Of a stretch of DNA of 64,000 bases, positions 48,098-58,458 are shown one piece after another. This DNA is from Gemmatimonadota bacterium. Its GTDB lineage: Bacteria; Gemmatimonadota; Gemmatimonadetes; Gemmatimonadales; GWC2-71-9. Position 1 is the stretch's first letter. Each line of letters starts with the position of its first letter. A model generated the notes under the pieces. It was not told the origin of the DNA and made no database searches. It was given only the letters and a program-made list of their open reading frames with translations. The stretch spans positions 1,505-65,504 of the forward strand of contig JANMXA010000095.1 of assembly GCA_031394255.1 (NCBI GenBank). The letters are read 5' to 3'. The position numbers were made by a program, and so were the translations under genes.

Positions 48098-49432
48098 TCA
48101 GAGCTCGACGATGCCGAGCTGCGGCATCGTCTTCCACCGCCCCCGGGTAAAGTCCGGCACCGACATCGTCTTGGCCCGGTTGGCTACCGACTGCTCGGTG
48201 AGCGGCGTGACCACTGAGAGCGCCGCCGCGTCGTAGACGTTGCTGTCGGTGGGCAGACCCTGGCGAAGGCAGTGGATCAGCCGCAGATCCTCAAGGAAGT
48301 CCATCCCGCCGTGCCCTCGGCTCGCCTGCTTCACCTTGTCCGACTTCCACAGCGGATGGTCGTGGGTCTCGTACCACTTCTCGGCGGTATCCCAGACATC
48401 TTCTTTGGCGCTCATCCCCTCGACGTATACCCGGCGTGGATACCCCTCGACCAGTCCCCGGGTTCCCTGGAGGACGTACTTCCGGCTGTATGGGCGCGGC
48501 AGATTGGTGTCGTGGGTGACGTAAATGGTCTGGCCGTTGGCCATCTTGATCAGCGTGACGTTGACGTCGCCCAGCCGGTATTTCTCCTGGCGTTTCGGGC
48601 TGTCGGCCGGGAGGTGCTCGGCGGCCCACGCCTGGAGCCCGCGGGAGGGGCCGCTCATCGACACGAGGTGGTCGAACTGATTGCCCCGGTTCAAGTCCAT
48701 CGCCTGTGCCACCGGCCCCAGGCCGTGGGTAGGATAGAGGTTGCCGTTCCGGGCCACGGCATGGGCCCGCCGCCACAGCCCCTCGCCCTCGTCGGCGAAC
48801 TTGATGGCCCGAAGGTCGTGGTTGTAGCCACACTCGCCGTGCTGCAGCAGGCCGAGCAGGCCTTTGCGGGCCAGATTGAGCGCCAGCATCTCGAGCCGGT
48901 CGTAGCAGCAGTTCTCCATCATCACGCAGTGCTTCCGATACTTCTCTGCCGTCTCGACCATCGCCCAGCAATCCTCGATCCGGTAGGCCGCCGGCACTTC
49001 CGTGGCGCCGTGCTTGCCGTTCGCCATCGCCGCCAGCAGTACCGGCACGTGCCACTCCCAGGGCGTCGCCGTGAACACCAGGTCCAGGTCTTCCTCGGCG
49101 CAGAGCCGCTCGAAGTCCCGGGGCCCGTTGGTATAGGCCGTCGGCTTCGGTTGCCCGGCCGCCACCGCCTGCCCCTGCGCCCAGGCCGTCCGCTCCGGCC
49201 GGATGTCACAGACCGCGGCCAGGCGAACCCCCTCGATCGCGAGCAGATTCTCGACGTGGGTGCTGCCCTGGCCACCGATGCCAACGAATCCGATTCGGAC
49301 GGTCTCAATCGGCGGCGCCCGGAAGAACCCGTCCGGCTGGACCCGGGCCCCGCCGATCGGCCCCATGGCGGCGCCGACGCCCAGGGCCGCCGCACCGCCC
49401 ACGAAATCCCGCCGTGACATCTCGTCGCTCAT
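48098..49432 (-). CDS. GH109 NAD+-dependent alpha-N-acetylgalactosaminidase-like (Gfo/Idh/MocA), Tat-exported
   Basis: SRRDFV Tat motif; ATPWEWH, EVPAA, MENCCY, YPTHGLGP, RPYSR, GHGGMDF. Confidence 0.93.
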   Translation of the reverse strand: MSDEMSRRDFVGGAAALGVGAAMGPIGGARVQPDGFFRAPPIETVRIGFVGIGGQGSTHVENLLAIEGVRLAAVCDIRPERTAWAQGQAVAAGQPKPTAYTNGPRDFERLCAEEDLDLVFTATPWEWHVPVLLAAMANGKHGATEVPAAYRIEDCWAMVETAEKYRKHCVMMENCCYDRLEMLALNLARKGLLGLLQHGECGYNHDLRAIKFADEGEGLWRRAHAVARNGNLYPTHGLGPVAQAMDLNRGNQFDHLVSMSGPSRGLQAWAAEHLPADSPKRQEKYRLGDVNVTLIKMANGQTIYVTHDTNLPRPYSRKYVLQGTRGLVEGYPRRVYVEGMSAKEDVWDTAEKWYETHDHPLWKSDKVKQASRGHGGMDFLEDLRLIHCLRQGLPTDSNVYDAAALSVVTPLTEQSVANRAKTMSVPDFTRGRWKTMPQLGIVEL

Positions 49433-50301
49433 GGATTCTCCCGGACCGGCCCCGCGTAGCGCCGGACGAAATCAGTAAAGGCGGTCATGTACTTGTCGTG
49501 ATCGAGTTCCCAGGCCGAGTCGTGGTCGCCGCCGAGGGAGACAAAGATCTTGGGTTCCGGCGCCAGTCGGTAGAGCGCCTCGCCGTGTGCAAACGGAATG
49601 GTGCCGTCCATGCGGGCGTGCATGACCAGCACAGGCATCTTCAGCCGGCCGATCTTTGCCGCGTTGTCAAACCGGTTTCGAGCCAGCATCTCGATCGGCA
49701 TGAAGCGGTAACGTTCCTGTCCGACGCTTGGCACCGACTTGAAGGCTCCTTCGATGATCAGCGCCGCCGCCGGATACCGGCTGGCCATTTCCAGGGCGAC
49801 GCCGCTGCCGAGCGAATGGCCGTAGATCACGATCCGGGCCGGCGCCACGTGCAGCGAGTCGGTCAGGTAGCGATAGGCGGCGCTCGCGTCATCGTAGAGC
49901 CCCGCCTCGGTGGGCGGCTCGGAACTGCTGGTGCCAAACGACCGGTAGTCGAACGCCAGCAGGTTGAAGCCTCGTCTGGTGGCGTCCCGGTAGAATCGTT
50001 GGCGTTTGAGGAGCGTGATGTTGCCCGCGTTGCCGTGACAGAGCAGCAGCCAGGGTCCGGTCGAGTCGGCGGAGCGCATCACCCAGACGGCCAGCCGTGC
50101 GCCGTCGGTTGAGGTCATTGGCAGTGGTTGCACCGACAGACCGAGCGAGTCGGCGATCGGGACCTGTTCACGGCCGCCGTAGGCGTGCGGCTGGAACACC
50201 ATCCTGGGCTCGTTCTTGACCAGCCAGCCCACCATCCCGCCGTAACTCAGCGTGAAGACGCCGAAGATCAGGAAAACCGCCCTCCGGATCCAGGACTTCA
50301 T
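49429..50301 (-). CDS. Alpha/beta hydrolase (ABHD12/13-like) with N-terminal membrane anchor
   Basis: CHGNAGN, FDYRSFG, YGHSLG, D-GTIP, GGDH. Confidence 0.92.
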   Translation of the reverse strand: MKSWIRRAVFLIFGVFTLSYGGMVGWLVKNEPRMVFQPHAYGGREQVPIADSLGLSVQPLPMTSTDGARLAVWVMRSADSTGPWLLLCHGNAGNITLLKRQRFYRDATRRGFNLLAFDYRSFGTSSSEPPTEAGLYDDASAAYRYLTDSLHVAPARIVIYGHSLGSGVALEMASRYPAAALIIEGAFKSVPSVGQERYRFMPIEMLARNRFDNAAKIGRLKMPVLVMHARMDGTIPFAHGEALYRLAPEPKIFVSLGGDHDSAWELDHDKYMTAFTDFVRRYAGPVRENP

Positions 50302-51695
50302 GCGCTCTTGTCACCCGAGGTGAGCGCCTTGACCATCCGGTACCAGAAGGTTGACGATTTGTGGAACGCATCGACCCCGACCCGCTCATCCCGGCCGTGA
50401 GCGCGGGAGTCGTTGATCTCATCAAAGAGCGCTCCCACGCCGTACACCGGAATCCCGCCGTTTCGGACATCGAGGCCGTCGGTGGCGCCGGTCGACATCT
50501 CCGGGACCACCGTCGCGGTCGGCCACATGTCCTTGACCAGCCGTTCCACCGGCCCCACGATGTCGGCCCGGAGCGGCGACGGCGGGCTTGGGCGGGCTGC
50601 CATCGCCACGGAGACCTCGACTCCGGGATCGCCAATCACCCCGATCAGGACCGCCCGGACCGAGTCCTGGGTGTCGTCCGGGAGGATCCGGCAGTTGATG
50701 TTGGCCCGGGCCAGCTGGGGCAGCGCGTTGTCCGCATGGCCACCGGTGAGCAACGTCGCCACGCAGGTGGTGCGCATGACCGAGTTGAAGTAGGGGGAGT
50801 CTGCGCTCAACCGCGCCGCCGCGGCCGGATCGTTGGTTGCGGCCAGGGCCCGCATGTCCGCCGCGGTCCGGCCTGTCTCCGTGGCCGCCGCCCGGTCGAA
50901 GAAGGCCCGGCTGGTCTCGTTCAGCCGAACCGGAAAATCGTACGCTGCGATCCGGCTGAGCGCGGCGGCCAGGCGGTAGATCGCGTTGTCCTTCACCGGC
51001 ATGGAGCTGTGGCCGCCCTTGTTCCGGACGTCCAACTGGAGGTCGAGGAAGATCTTTTCCGCGGTCTGAACCATGAACGCCTGCGGCTTGCCGTCCTTGA
51101 GGGAGCCGCCTCCGCCGTCGGTGTTGAGTGCGTACTCGGCGTCGATCAGGGCCCGGTGCTCCTTCATCAGCCAGGTGATGCTCTTGCCGGTCGTCTCTTC
51201 ATCGGCGGTGAGCACTATGATCAGGTCACGGTCGGGGACGAAGTTTTCCTGCCGGAGCCGGATGAAATTCGCCACCAGGGTGGCCGCCCCCGCCTTGTTG
51301 TCGTTGGTGCCCCGGCCGTAGTAGTACCCGTCGATTTCCCGGAACCCGTACGGGTCGAACGACCAATCCTCCCGGCGGGCGGCGACCACGTCGAGGTGCG
51401 CCATCAGCATGATGGGCTTCTTGCCGCCACTCCGCCCCCGGTACCGGGCCACCAAGCTCTGGAACTTGGGCTCGTACCCGAGGATGGTGATATCGCTCGC
51501 CGGGAAGCCGGCCGCCTTCAAGCGCTCGGCGACCTTGGCCGCGAGGAGTCCGGTGTTGCCGGCCGAGTCGCTGGTGTTGACCTCGATCATCTCCTTGAAG
51601 ATGTCCCGTTCCCGCTGGCGGATCGGGTCGGTCTGGGCAAGGAGGCCGGACGGAGCAGCCAGGGTCAGCAAGGCAACGGTGGTCGTGAGGCGCAT
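50298..51695 (-). CDS. M20/M25/M40 family metallopeptidase, secreted
   Basis: AHLDVV, GRGTNDNK, TADEE, GGHSS, AHGRDER. Confidence 0.94.
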   Translation of the reverse strand: MRLTTTVALLTLAAPSGLLAQTDPIRQRERDIFKEMIEVNTSDSAGNTGLLAAKVAERLKAAGFPASDITILGYEPKFQSLVARYRGRSGGKKPIMLMAHLDVVAARREDWSFDPYGFREIDGYYYGRGTNDNKAGAATLVANFIRLRQENFVPDRDLIIVLTADEETTGKSITWLMKEHRALIDAEYALNTDGGGGSLKDGKPQAFMVQTAEKIFLDLQLDVRNKGGHSSMPVKDNAIYRLAAALSRIAAYDFPVRLNETSRAFFDRAAATETGRTAADMRALAATNDPAAAARLSADSPYFNSVMRTTCVATLLTGGHADNALPQLARANINCRILPDDTQDSVRAVLIGVIGDPGVEVSVAMAARPSPPSPLRADIVGPVERLVKDMWPTATVVPEMSTGATDGLDVRNGGIPVYGVGALFDEINDSRAHGRDERVGVDAFHKSSTFWYRMVKALTSGDKSA

Positions 51696-51825
51696 CGAAA
51701 CTCCGGGGGCGCAGGCGGCTGCAACTGGAGGGCCAAATATAGGGCGGGAGGAGGCGGAACGGCGGGTATCGGCGCGGCGGCTGCCCGTCGGATGGGCCGC
51801 CGCGGCGCCAATGACGCGGTGGGAG

Positions 51826-52299
51826 TTACGGGAGCGGCTTGCCTTCTTTTTCAACCAGCGTTGGCCAGTTCGTGTCGGCGAGTTTGAGCCGGGCATCCGG
51901 CTCTTTCTGCCACATCTTGAGCACGCTCTTGCTGTTCTGCAGGATGAGCCGCCCGCTCATGATGGTGAAGGCCAGCGGGTCCACCGGCGCCAGATGGCCG
52001 GCCGAGGCGCCGTATCCGCAGTACCCGCCGAACTGGGGGGCGTATTTGGCCGGTTCCTTGACGAACAGGTCACGGTGCGCGGCCGAGACAAACCGATATG
52101 TGGCCCCGGTGTAGCGGGCGGTGAAGGCCTCTGTGCCCTTCGCCGGAGCCGGATCGGTGAAGTAGCTCACCGGATCATAGCCCTCCATGGCCAATCCGTC
52201 CTTGACATTGATCACGACCTTCGATTGCGCTCTGGCACTGGAAGACCCGGTCGTGAGGGCTCCGGCGGCGAACAACAGCGCGGCGGCAAATGTTTTCAT
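51826..52299 (-). CDS. YHS domain-containing protein, secreted
   Basis: GYDPVSYF, YRFVSAAHRDLF, YAPQFGGYC, ADTNWP. Confidence 0.92.
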   Translation of the reverse strand: MKTFAAALLFAAGALTTGSSSARAQSKVVINVKDGLAMEGYDPVSYFTDPAPAKGTEAFTARYTGATYRFVSAAHRDLFVKEPAKYAPQFGGYCGYGASAGHLAPVDPLAFTIMSGRLILQNSKSVLKMWQKEPDARLKLADTNWPTLVEKEGKPLP

Positions 52300-52362
52300 G
52301 CCGAAATGAACGCAGGTGTTCAGACATTGGTTCCCGGAGTATTATCCGGGGTGCACCGTACC

Positions 52363-53232
52363 ATGCTCTACGTCCTGGCGACGCTCTCCGCGCTGACCCC
52401 GGTCCGGGTCCTGGCGCAAACCGATCCCTTGAGCCGCGCACCGTCCCGGTTCGCCGCGCTCGACGGGGCCCGGATTCACTACAAGAGCATTCACCACGGC
52501 CGGACCGCCGTCGTGTTCGTCCACGGCTGGGCGTGTGATCTGACGGTCTGGCGGTTGCAGACAGCGGTCCTCGAAGAGCGGGTTCGGGTGCTGGTGCTGG
52601 ACCTGCCCGGCCACGGCCGGAGCGACAAACCGGAGCGGCCCTACTCGATGGAGTATTTCGCCCGGGCCGTCAACGCGGTGATGGAAGCCGCCGGCGTGGA
52701 CCGGGCGGTGCTGGTGGGCCACAGCATGGGAACGCCGATCGTTCGCCAGTTCTACCGCCTGTTCCCCGCCAAGACCATCGCGCTTGTCGCCGTCGACGGC
52801 GCGCTCAAGCCGCCGGGGCTCGATAGCGCATCGATCGAACGGCAGGTGAAACAATTCTCCGGTCCCGGGCTGCCTCAGCTCTGGGAGCAGATGATTACCC
52901 CGTTACTTCCCGGCCCGGACCTCGACGCCACTCGGCGCCAGCTGATCCGGACGGCCCAGAACACCCCGGAGCACGTCGTCACGGCGTCGATCCGCGGCAT
53001 GATGGACCCGAAAATCTGGACTGCGGATACGATTCGGGTCCCGGTCATGGCCGTCATGGCCAAGGGCCCGAACTGGCCTCCCGCCTATCGGGTCTACGTG
53101 AAGGGCATCGTACCTGATCTCCGTTATGAGGAGCTCGACGGGGTCCATCACTTCCTCATGCTCGAACGTCCCGACCTGTTCAACCCCTTACTCGTCAGCT
53201 TCCTCGAGTCCCACGGGCTTCTCGACCGCTGA
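52363..53232 (+). CDS. Alpha/beta fold hydrolase (possible alternative start GTG 52351)
   Basis: FVHGW, DLPGHGRS, GHSMG, HFLMLERP. Confidence 0.92.
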   Translation: MLYVLATLSALTPVRVLAQTDPLSRAPSRFAALDGARIHYKSIHHGRTAVVFVHGWACDLTVWRLQTAVLEERVRVLVLDLPGHGRSDKPERPYSMEYFARAVNAVMEAAGVDRAVLVGHSMGTPIVRQFYRLFPAKTIALVAVDGALKPPGLDSASIERQVKQFSGPGLPQLWEQMITPLLPGPDLDATRRQLIRTAQNTPEHVVTASIRGMMDPKIWTADTIRVPVMAVMAKGPNWPPAYRVYVKGIVPDLRYEELDGVHHFLMLERPDLFNPLLVSFLESHGLLDR

Positions 53233-53245
53233 CCCGGAGCGCCAG

Positions 53246-54427
53246 ATGTCACAAGGATACGTTCTCGGTGTCGGGATGATTCCCTTCACCAAGCCCGGCG
53301 AAAGCGCCCCGTACGCCGCCATGGGGGCCTCTGCGGCACGACTGGCTCTCGCGGACGCCGGTATCGCGTACGACCAGATCCGCCAGGCCTATGTCGGCTA
53401 CGTCTACGGTGACTCGACGGCCGGCCAGGCCGCGATCTATCAGCTGGGCCTGACGGGCATCCCGATTTTCAACGTGAACAACAACTGTTCCACCGGATCG
53501 ACCGCGCTGTTCCTGGCCCGGCAGGCCGTGGAATCCGGGGCGGTGGATTGCGCCCTGGCCGTCGGTTTCGAACAGATGGCGCCCGGGGCCCTCGGCGCGG
53601 TATTCACCGACCGCCCCAGCCCGCTTCAGGAATTCCTGGCCATCGCCGAGAAGAAGTTTGAAGGGGCCGGCCAGGTGCCGATGGCGATCAAGCTTTTCGG
53701 CGGGGCAGGGTACGAGTACCAGGAGAAATACGGGGCGCCGACGGAGACGTTTGCGAAGGTCCGGGCCAAGGCCAGCCGCCACGCCCAGCACAACGACAAG
53801 GCCATCTTCCGGAAGGTGATGACGTCGGACGAGGTGATGGCCTCCCCCAAAATGTTCCTCAACCTGACCCGGCTCCAGTGCTGCCCTCCAACCTGTGGTG
53901 CTGCCGCGGCGGTGGTGGTGAGTGAGGCGTTCGCGAAGCGTCACGGCATGGCCCGGGCGGTTCGAATCCGGGGCCAGGCCCTCACCACCGACCGGGCGTC
54001 GAGCTTCGATCAGGGCAGCATGATCAAGGCGGTGGGGTACGACATGGCCCGGGAGGCCGCTGAGCAGGTCTACGCCCAGACCGGAGTCGGGCCGGGCGAC
54101 GTGCAGGTGGTTGAATTGCACGACTGCTTCGCCACCAACGAGGTCCTGACCTACGAGGCCCTGGGTCTCTGTGGCGAGGGTGGAGCCGAAAAGTTCGTCA
54201 GCGAGGGCGACAACACCTACGGCGGCCAGGTCGTGACCAACCCATCCGGGGGCCTCCTGTCCAAGGGCCATCCCCTTGGCGCCACAGGACTGGCCCAGTG
54301 CACCGAACTGGTGACCCAGCTCCGGGGCGAAGCCGGCGTCCGGCAGGTCGACGGCGCCCGGCTGGCCCTGCAGCACAATCTGGGGCTGGGCGGGGCCTGC
54401 GTGGTGACGCTGTACGAACGGGCCTGA
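53246..54427 (+). CDS. SCP-x type thiolase (lipid-transfer protein)
   Basis: NVNNNCSTGS, QCCPPTCGAAA, ELHDCF, NPSGGLLSKGHPLGATG, QHNLGLGG. Confidence 0.95.
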   Translation: MSQGYVLGVGMIPFTKPGESAPYAAMGASAARLALADAGIAYDQIRQAYVGYVYGDSTAGQAAIYQLGLTGIPIFNVNNNCSTGSTALFLARQAVESGAVDCALAVGFEQMAPGALGAVFTDRPSPLQEFLAIAEKKFEGAGQVPMAIKLFGGAGYEYQEKYGAPTETFAKVRAKASRHAQHNDKAIFRKVMTSDEVMASPKMFLNLTRLQCCPPTCGAAAAVVVSEAFAKRHGMARAVRIRGQALTTDRASSFDQGSMIKAVGYDMAREAAEQVYAQTGVGPGDVQVVELHDCFATNEVLTYEALGLCGEGGAEKFVSEGDNTYGGQVVTNPSGGLLSKGHPLGATGLAQCTELVTQLRGEAGVRQVDGARLALQHNLGLGGACVVTLYERA

Positions 54428-54448
54428 AGTCTCGGTGCAGATGAAAAC

Positions 54449-54481
54449 AGAACGGGCGGGCCACCATGGCCCGCCCGTTCT
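54449..54481. terminator. Intrinsic terminator hairpin between convergent genes
   Basis: AGAACGGGCGGGCCA-CCA-TGGCCCGCCCGTTCT perfect 15-bp stem; GTTTT follows on the minus strand. Confidence 0.85.
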
Positions 54482-54500
54482 ACTTCTATCCAATCTCGTG

Positions 54501-55430
54501 TCAGTTTTCGACCAGAATCATGAACTTCGAATTGGTCCAGAAATGCTCCGCGTTGGTAATCTGGAGCGCGCCCCGCACCTTGCCCTTGGCCTCAGCCGGG
54601 AGGTTGGCATAGGTCAGGTCCTGGTTGGTGACGAGCTTGTACTGCTTGTCGGGCCGCGGCATCGGGATCTCCGCCGTCTGCCGCCGATCAATCGCGGTAA
54701 ACACCGAGGGATCGAGGTTTTCCGCCGGCTTCAGGGTCTCACCGGTCCGGGTGAAGATCAGGAAGCGGGTTCCGCCGACTTCCTTAACGATCCCCTTGGT
54801 CATGAGCTCCTTCTTGGTGCCGACCACGTAGTACACTGTGTTCTCCCGGGTCGTCAGCGCCGAGACCGTGTCCTGCAGGATCGTCTTGTCCTGGGTCAGC
54901 GCGGCGACCTGAGCCTTGGTCAAGTTAAGATCGGACTCGAGATTGGCGATTGAGGTCTTCTGGCCCTCGACCATCGACTTGAGGCCGTCGATCGTAGTCT
55001 GGAAGTCGACCAGGCCCGCCCGCAGGCTGTCGGATTCGCCCGACAGCTGCTTGACCTTCCGCTGGCTGGAGGCGAGCCGGACCTCGCTGTTCCGGAGCCG
55101 GTCGGTCAGATCCTTGACCTTCTTGAGGACCAGGGCCCGGTCGCTGGGCGACACGGAGAGCTGGCTCTCCGGAGCGACGACCGGCTCGACGGACTTCTTC
55201 TTGGAGGTGCTGACCTTGGCCAACTCCACGTTGATGTCGGCCAGGAGCTTGGTGGTTTCCGCGATGTCGCGGAAGAGGCTGTCCTTGGTGGCCGCAACCC
55301 CGGAAAGCTGCTGGGCCTGGGTCCGGAAGAATTCGGTCGAATCCGTGGGGATCGACTGCACAACCTGGCCTCGCGGGCCGGCGGTGCAGGCCATGGCGGC
55401 CAAAGCGAGGAGGGCGAGAGTGCGTTTCAT
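54501..55430 (-). CDS. Coiled-coil lipoprotein (Cbp1-like adhesin family)
   Basis: Lipobox-like AMAC; long heptad region; C-terminal NTVYYVVGTKKEL..KGIV and FWTNSKFMI motifs. Confidence 0.72.
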   Translation of the reverse strand: MKRTLALLALAAMACTAGPRGQVVQSIPTDSTEFFRTQAQQLSGVAATKDSLFRDIAETTKLLADINVELAKVSTSKKKSVEPVVAPESQLSVSPSDRALVLKKVKDLTDRLRNSEVRLASSQRKVKQLSGESDSLRAGLVDFQTTIDGLKSMVEGQKTSIANLESDLNLTKAQVAALTQDKTILQDTVSALTTRENTVYYVVGTKKELMTKGIVKEVGGTRFLIFTRTGETLKPAENLDPSVFTAIDRRQTAEIPMPRPDKQYKLVTNQDLTYANLPAEAKGKVRGALQITNAEHFWTNSKFMILVEN

Positions 55431-55649
55431 GGTTCCATCCTTCGTGAAATGGCAGGGCCTATCCCCGCGCCAGTATTCAAGTTACGTAAAATGGCGACAT
55501 CGACCAACAAAGCCAAGGGACGACTCAGTCGACCCCAGTTGCACAGTTCCATGACTGTTCGCCGACTTGACACCGGCCCCAAGGGGCGGAAATTGTTATG
55601 TAGCAAACCTTTCGCCCCCCGTTCCAAGTCCGCCAAATCGAGGACCAGT

Positions 55650-58433
55650 ATGACCCGATTCGTTCGGTCGTGGTTTCTGTCAGCTCTCGCCGTCGCCCTG
55701 CCAGCCATCGTCCAGGCCCAGACAGGGAGCATCGCCGGCAAGGTTACCGATAGCTCGCGCGTGGCGACGCTGAGCCAGGCGCAGATCACCGTCCGGGATG
55801 CCGGTGGCCGGAACGTCGGGTCCGCCGTGACCGGGTCTGGCGGAGCCTACCGGGTCGATCGGCTGGCACCCGGCAGCTACACGGTCTTCGTGACGCTGAT
55901 CCCCTATTCTCCGAAGTCGTTCAGCGGGGTGTCGGTGACAGCCGGCGCCACCACCACCGTCGACGCGGCCCTGACCAGCCGTGCGGCCACGCTCCAGGAG
56001 GTCGTGGTCGTCACCGCCTCCAGGGTCCCGGAGAAGCTGAACGACGCGCCCGCCGCCATCCACGTGGTCACGTCGGAACAGATTCAGGAGCGGCCGGCGA
56101 TGTCGGTCCTCGACCACCTCAAGACGGCGCCGGGCATCTCCTTCTCCGAAGGCGGTCTGGTCCAGTCGAACATCGTGTCCCGAGGCTTCAACAACATCTT
56201 CTCGGGCTCCATGCTGATGCTGATCGACAACCGGTACGCCTCGGTGCCGTCGCTCGCCGTCAACGTGCCGGCTTTCTTCCCGACCACGAACGAGGACATC
56301 GAGCAGATCGAATTCGTGCTCGGACCCGGCGCGGCGCTCTACGGCCCGAACGTCACCAACGGTGTACTCCACATCATTACCAAGTCGCCCATCACTTCGC
56401 CCGGGACGACCATCACGGTCGGTGGCGGGTACCGGGGCGCTTCCCCGTCGGTCGAGGGAACCAACGCGGCGGACAAGAACGGCGGCCTCTTCCAGGCCAG
56501 CTTCCGCCACGCCACCCGGTTCTCCGACAAGGTCGGGTTCAAGGTGTCCGGCCAGTATATGGCAGGCGATGACTGGAAGTACGCCGACCGCGGCGATACC
56601 CTGAGCCTGGGTGCGAACGGAACCACCCTGAACAGGTGCACGCGGCTGGTGACCGGCTGCCGGGACTTTGGGATCCGCAAGTACAACGGCGAGGCCCGGC
56701 TGGATGTCCGGCCCGACAGGAACACCGAGTGGGTCACCAGCTACGGTCTCAGCAACGCCCAGAACCTGATCGAGCTGACGGGGATCGGGGCGGCGCAGGC
56801 CCGCAACTGGAAATATCAGTCGATTCAGAGCCGATTCCGGCACAAGGAACTGTTCGTTCAGGCCTTTGGTAACTTCAGTAACGCCGGCCAGTCCTTTCGG
56901 CTTCGGGACGGCGCCGCCACCATCGATCATTCGCGTCAGTGGGTGGCCCAGGCTCAGCACGGGTTCAACCTTGGCGCCAAGGAAGCCATCATCTACGGCT
57001 TCGATTACATCTACACCGACGCCCGCACCGAAGGCACGATCAACGGCCTGAACGAGGGCGACGACACGATCAAGCAGTACGGCGGATACGCCCACAGCGT
57101 TACCAAGGTCTCGCCCAAGTTCGACATCGTGAGCGCCCTCCGCGTCGACAAGCACAGCGCCGTTGACAAGGCCGTCGTGTCGCCGCGGCTGGCTCTGGTG
57201 TTCCGCCCGGACGAGGACAACAACATCCGGTTGACGTACAACCGGGCCTTCTCGACGCCGAGCAACAACAACCTCTTCCTCGACGTTCGGGCAGGCGCGG
57301 CCGGCCCCTACACGGTTCGGGCCCTCGGTGTGCCGAAGTCCGGCTTCCACTTCCGTGGCAACGGTGGCTGCGCCGGCGGCGTCGACAACCTCTGCATGCG
57401 GGCCATTCCGGTCCCCGGCGGGCCGACCAGCATCTTGCCGGCCCGGGCTACGGCGCTGTGGCAGCTGGCCGTCGCGCTGATCGGCAACAATGCCGCGGTT
57501 CCGGGACCTCTGAAGCAGCTCCTGGCGGCCATTCCGGCGCCGACCACGCAGGTCGGTACCGTCCTTCGGCTCCTCAACGCCACCACGGGCAAGTTCAACC
57601 TGATCGACCCGACCCAGGTTCGCGACATCGAGCAGCTCAAGCCGACGATCACCAACACGCTCGAGTTCGGCTACAAGGGCGGCATCGGCCGGAACGCCAG
57701 GATCTCCTTCGACGCCTACTGGGAAAAGCGCCAGAATTTCGTCGGGCCGCTGATCGTCGAATCCCCCAATGTCTTCCTCGATCCGGCATCGCTCGGTGCC
57801 TACCTGGCCGGAGCGTTCACGCCGATTCTGGGCGCCGCCGGGGCCGCGCAGGCGGCCGGAGCACTGACGGCCGGTATGGCCGGCATCCCGCTCGGTACCG
57901 TCATTCCGAACGACGGCTCGCCGCTCACCAACCGCCCGGACATCTTCCTGACCTACCGGAACTTCGGCTCCGTCAAGCTTTGGGGTGGTGACGTGGCGTT
58001 CGACTACGTCGCGAACGACCGGTGGTCGTTCAACGCCAACTGGTCGTTCGTCAACAAGGATTTCTTCAGCGCGGCCGAGGTCAACGGTCCGACGGACATC
58101 GCCCTCAACGGATCCAAGAACCGCGGCTCGGCGACGGTCCGGCTCCGCAACGACCCTCAGGGCTGGACGGCGGAAGGCCGGGTTCGGTACGTGAAGGGCT
58201 TCCCGGTCAACTCGGGCGTCTACGTCAGTCCGCAGAATCCGGATGGCAGCCTCAAGCCGACGGACACCTACGGCGTCGTCGATCTGCAGGGCTCGCTCCG
58301 GCCCAAGTTCCTGATCCGAAACACGATCCTGAACGTGTCGGTCAACAACGTGTTGAATCACGCCTACGCGACCTTTGTCGGCGTGCCTCAGATCGGCCGG
58401 ATGGTGATGACGTCGATCTCGTATTCGTTCTGA
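55650..58433 (+). CDS. TonB-dependent receptor with N-terminal carboxypeptidase-regulatory-like domain
   Basis: GAGGA RBS; QTGSIAGKV, LQEVVVVTASR, IEFVLGPGAALYG, NNVLN, terminal YSF. Confidence 0.95.
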   Translation: MTRFVRSWFLSALAVALPAIVQAQTGSIAGKVTDSSRVATLSQAQITVRDAGGRNVGSAVTGSGGAYRVDRLAPGSYTVFVTLIPYSPKSFSGVSVTAGATTTVDAALTSRAATLQEVVVVTASRVPEKLNDAPAAIHVVTSEQIQERPAMSVLDHLKTAPGISFSEGGLVQSNIVSRGFNNIFSGSMLMLIDNRYASVPSLAVNVPAFFPTTNEDIEQIEFVLGPGAALYGPNVTNGVLHIITKSPITSPGTTITVGGGYRGASPSVEGTNAADKNGGLFQASFRHATRFSDKVGFKVSGQYMAGDDWKYADRGDTLSLGANGTTLNRCTRLVTGCRDFGIRKYNGEARLDVRPDRNTEWVTSYGLSNAQNLIELTGIGAAQARNWKYQSIQSRFRHKELFVQAFGNFSNAGQSFRLRDGAATIDHSRQWVAQAQHGFNLGAKEAIIYGFDYIYTDARTEGTINGLNEGDDTIKQYGGYAHSVTKVSPKFDIVSALRVDKHSAVDKAVVSPRLALVFRPDEDNNIRLTYNRAFSTPSNNNLFLDVRAGAAGPYTVRALGVPKSGFHFRGNGGCAGGVDNLCMRAIPVPGGPTSILPARATALWQLAVALIGNNAAVPGPLKQLLAAIPAPTTQVGTVLRLLNATTGKFNLIDPTQVRDIEQLKPTITNTLEFGYKGGIGRNARISFDAYWEKRQNFVGPLIVESPNVFLDPASLGAYLAGAFTPILGAAGAAQAAGALTAGMAGIPLGTVIPNDGSPLTNRPDIFLTYRNFGSVKLWGGDVAFDYVANDRWSFNANWSFVNKDFFSAAEVNGPTDIALNGSKNRGSATVRLRNDPQGWTAEGRVRYVKGFPVNSGVYVSPQNPDGSLKPTDTYGVVDLQGSLRPKFLIRNTILNVSVNNVLNHAYATFVGVPQIGRMVMTSISYSF

Positions 58434-58458
58434 CCCATTAGCCTGGTGCGGCCCGGTC

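Noticed and set aside
51826-52299. Selenoprotein form of the YHS protein
   Set aside because: The GGYC position is a Cys codon, with no in-frame TGA.
55431-55649. Cobalamin or TPP riboswitch upstream of the TonB receptor
   Set aside because: Conserved B12-box and TPP core sequences not found.
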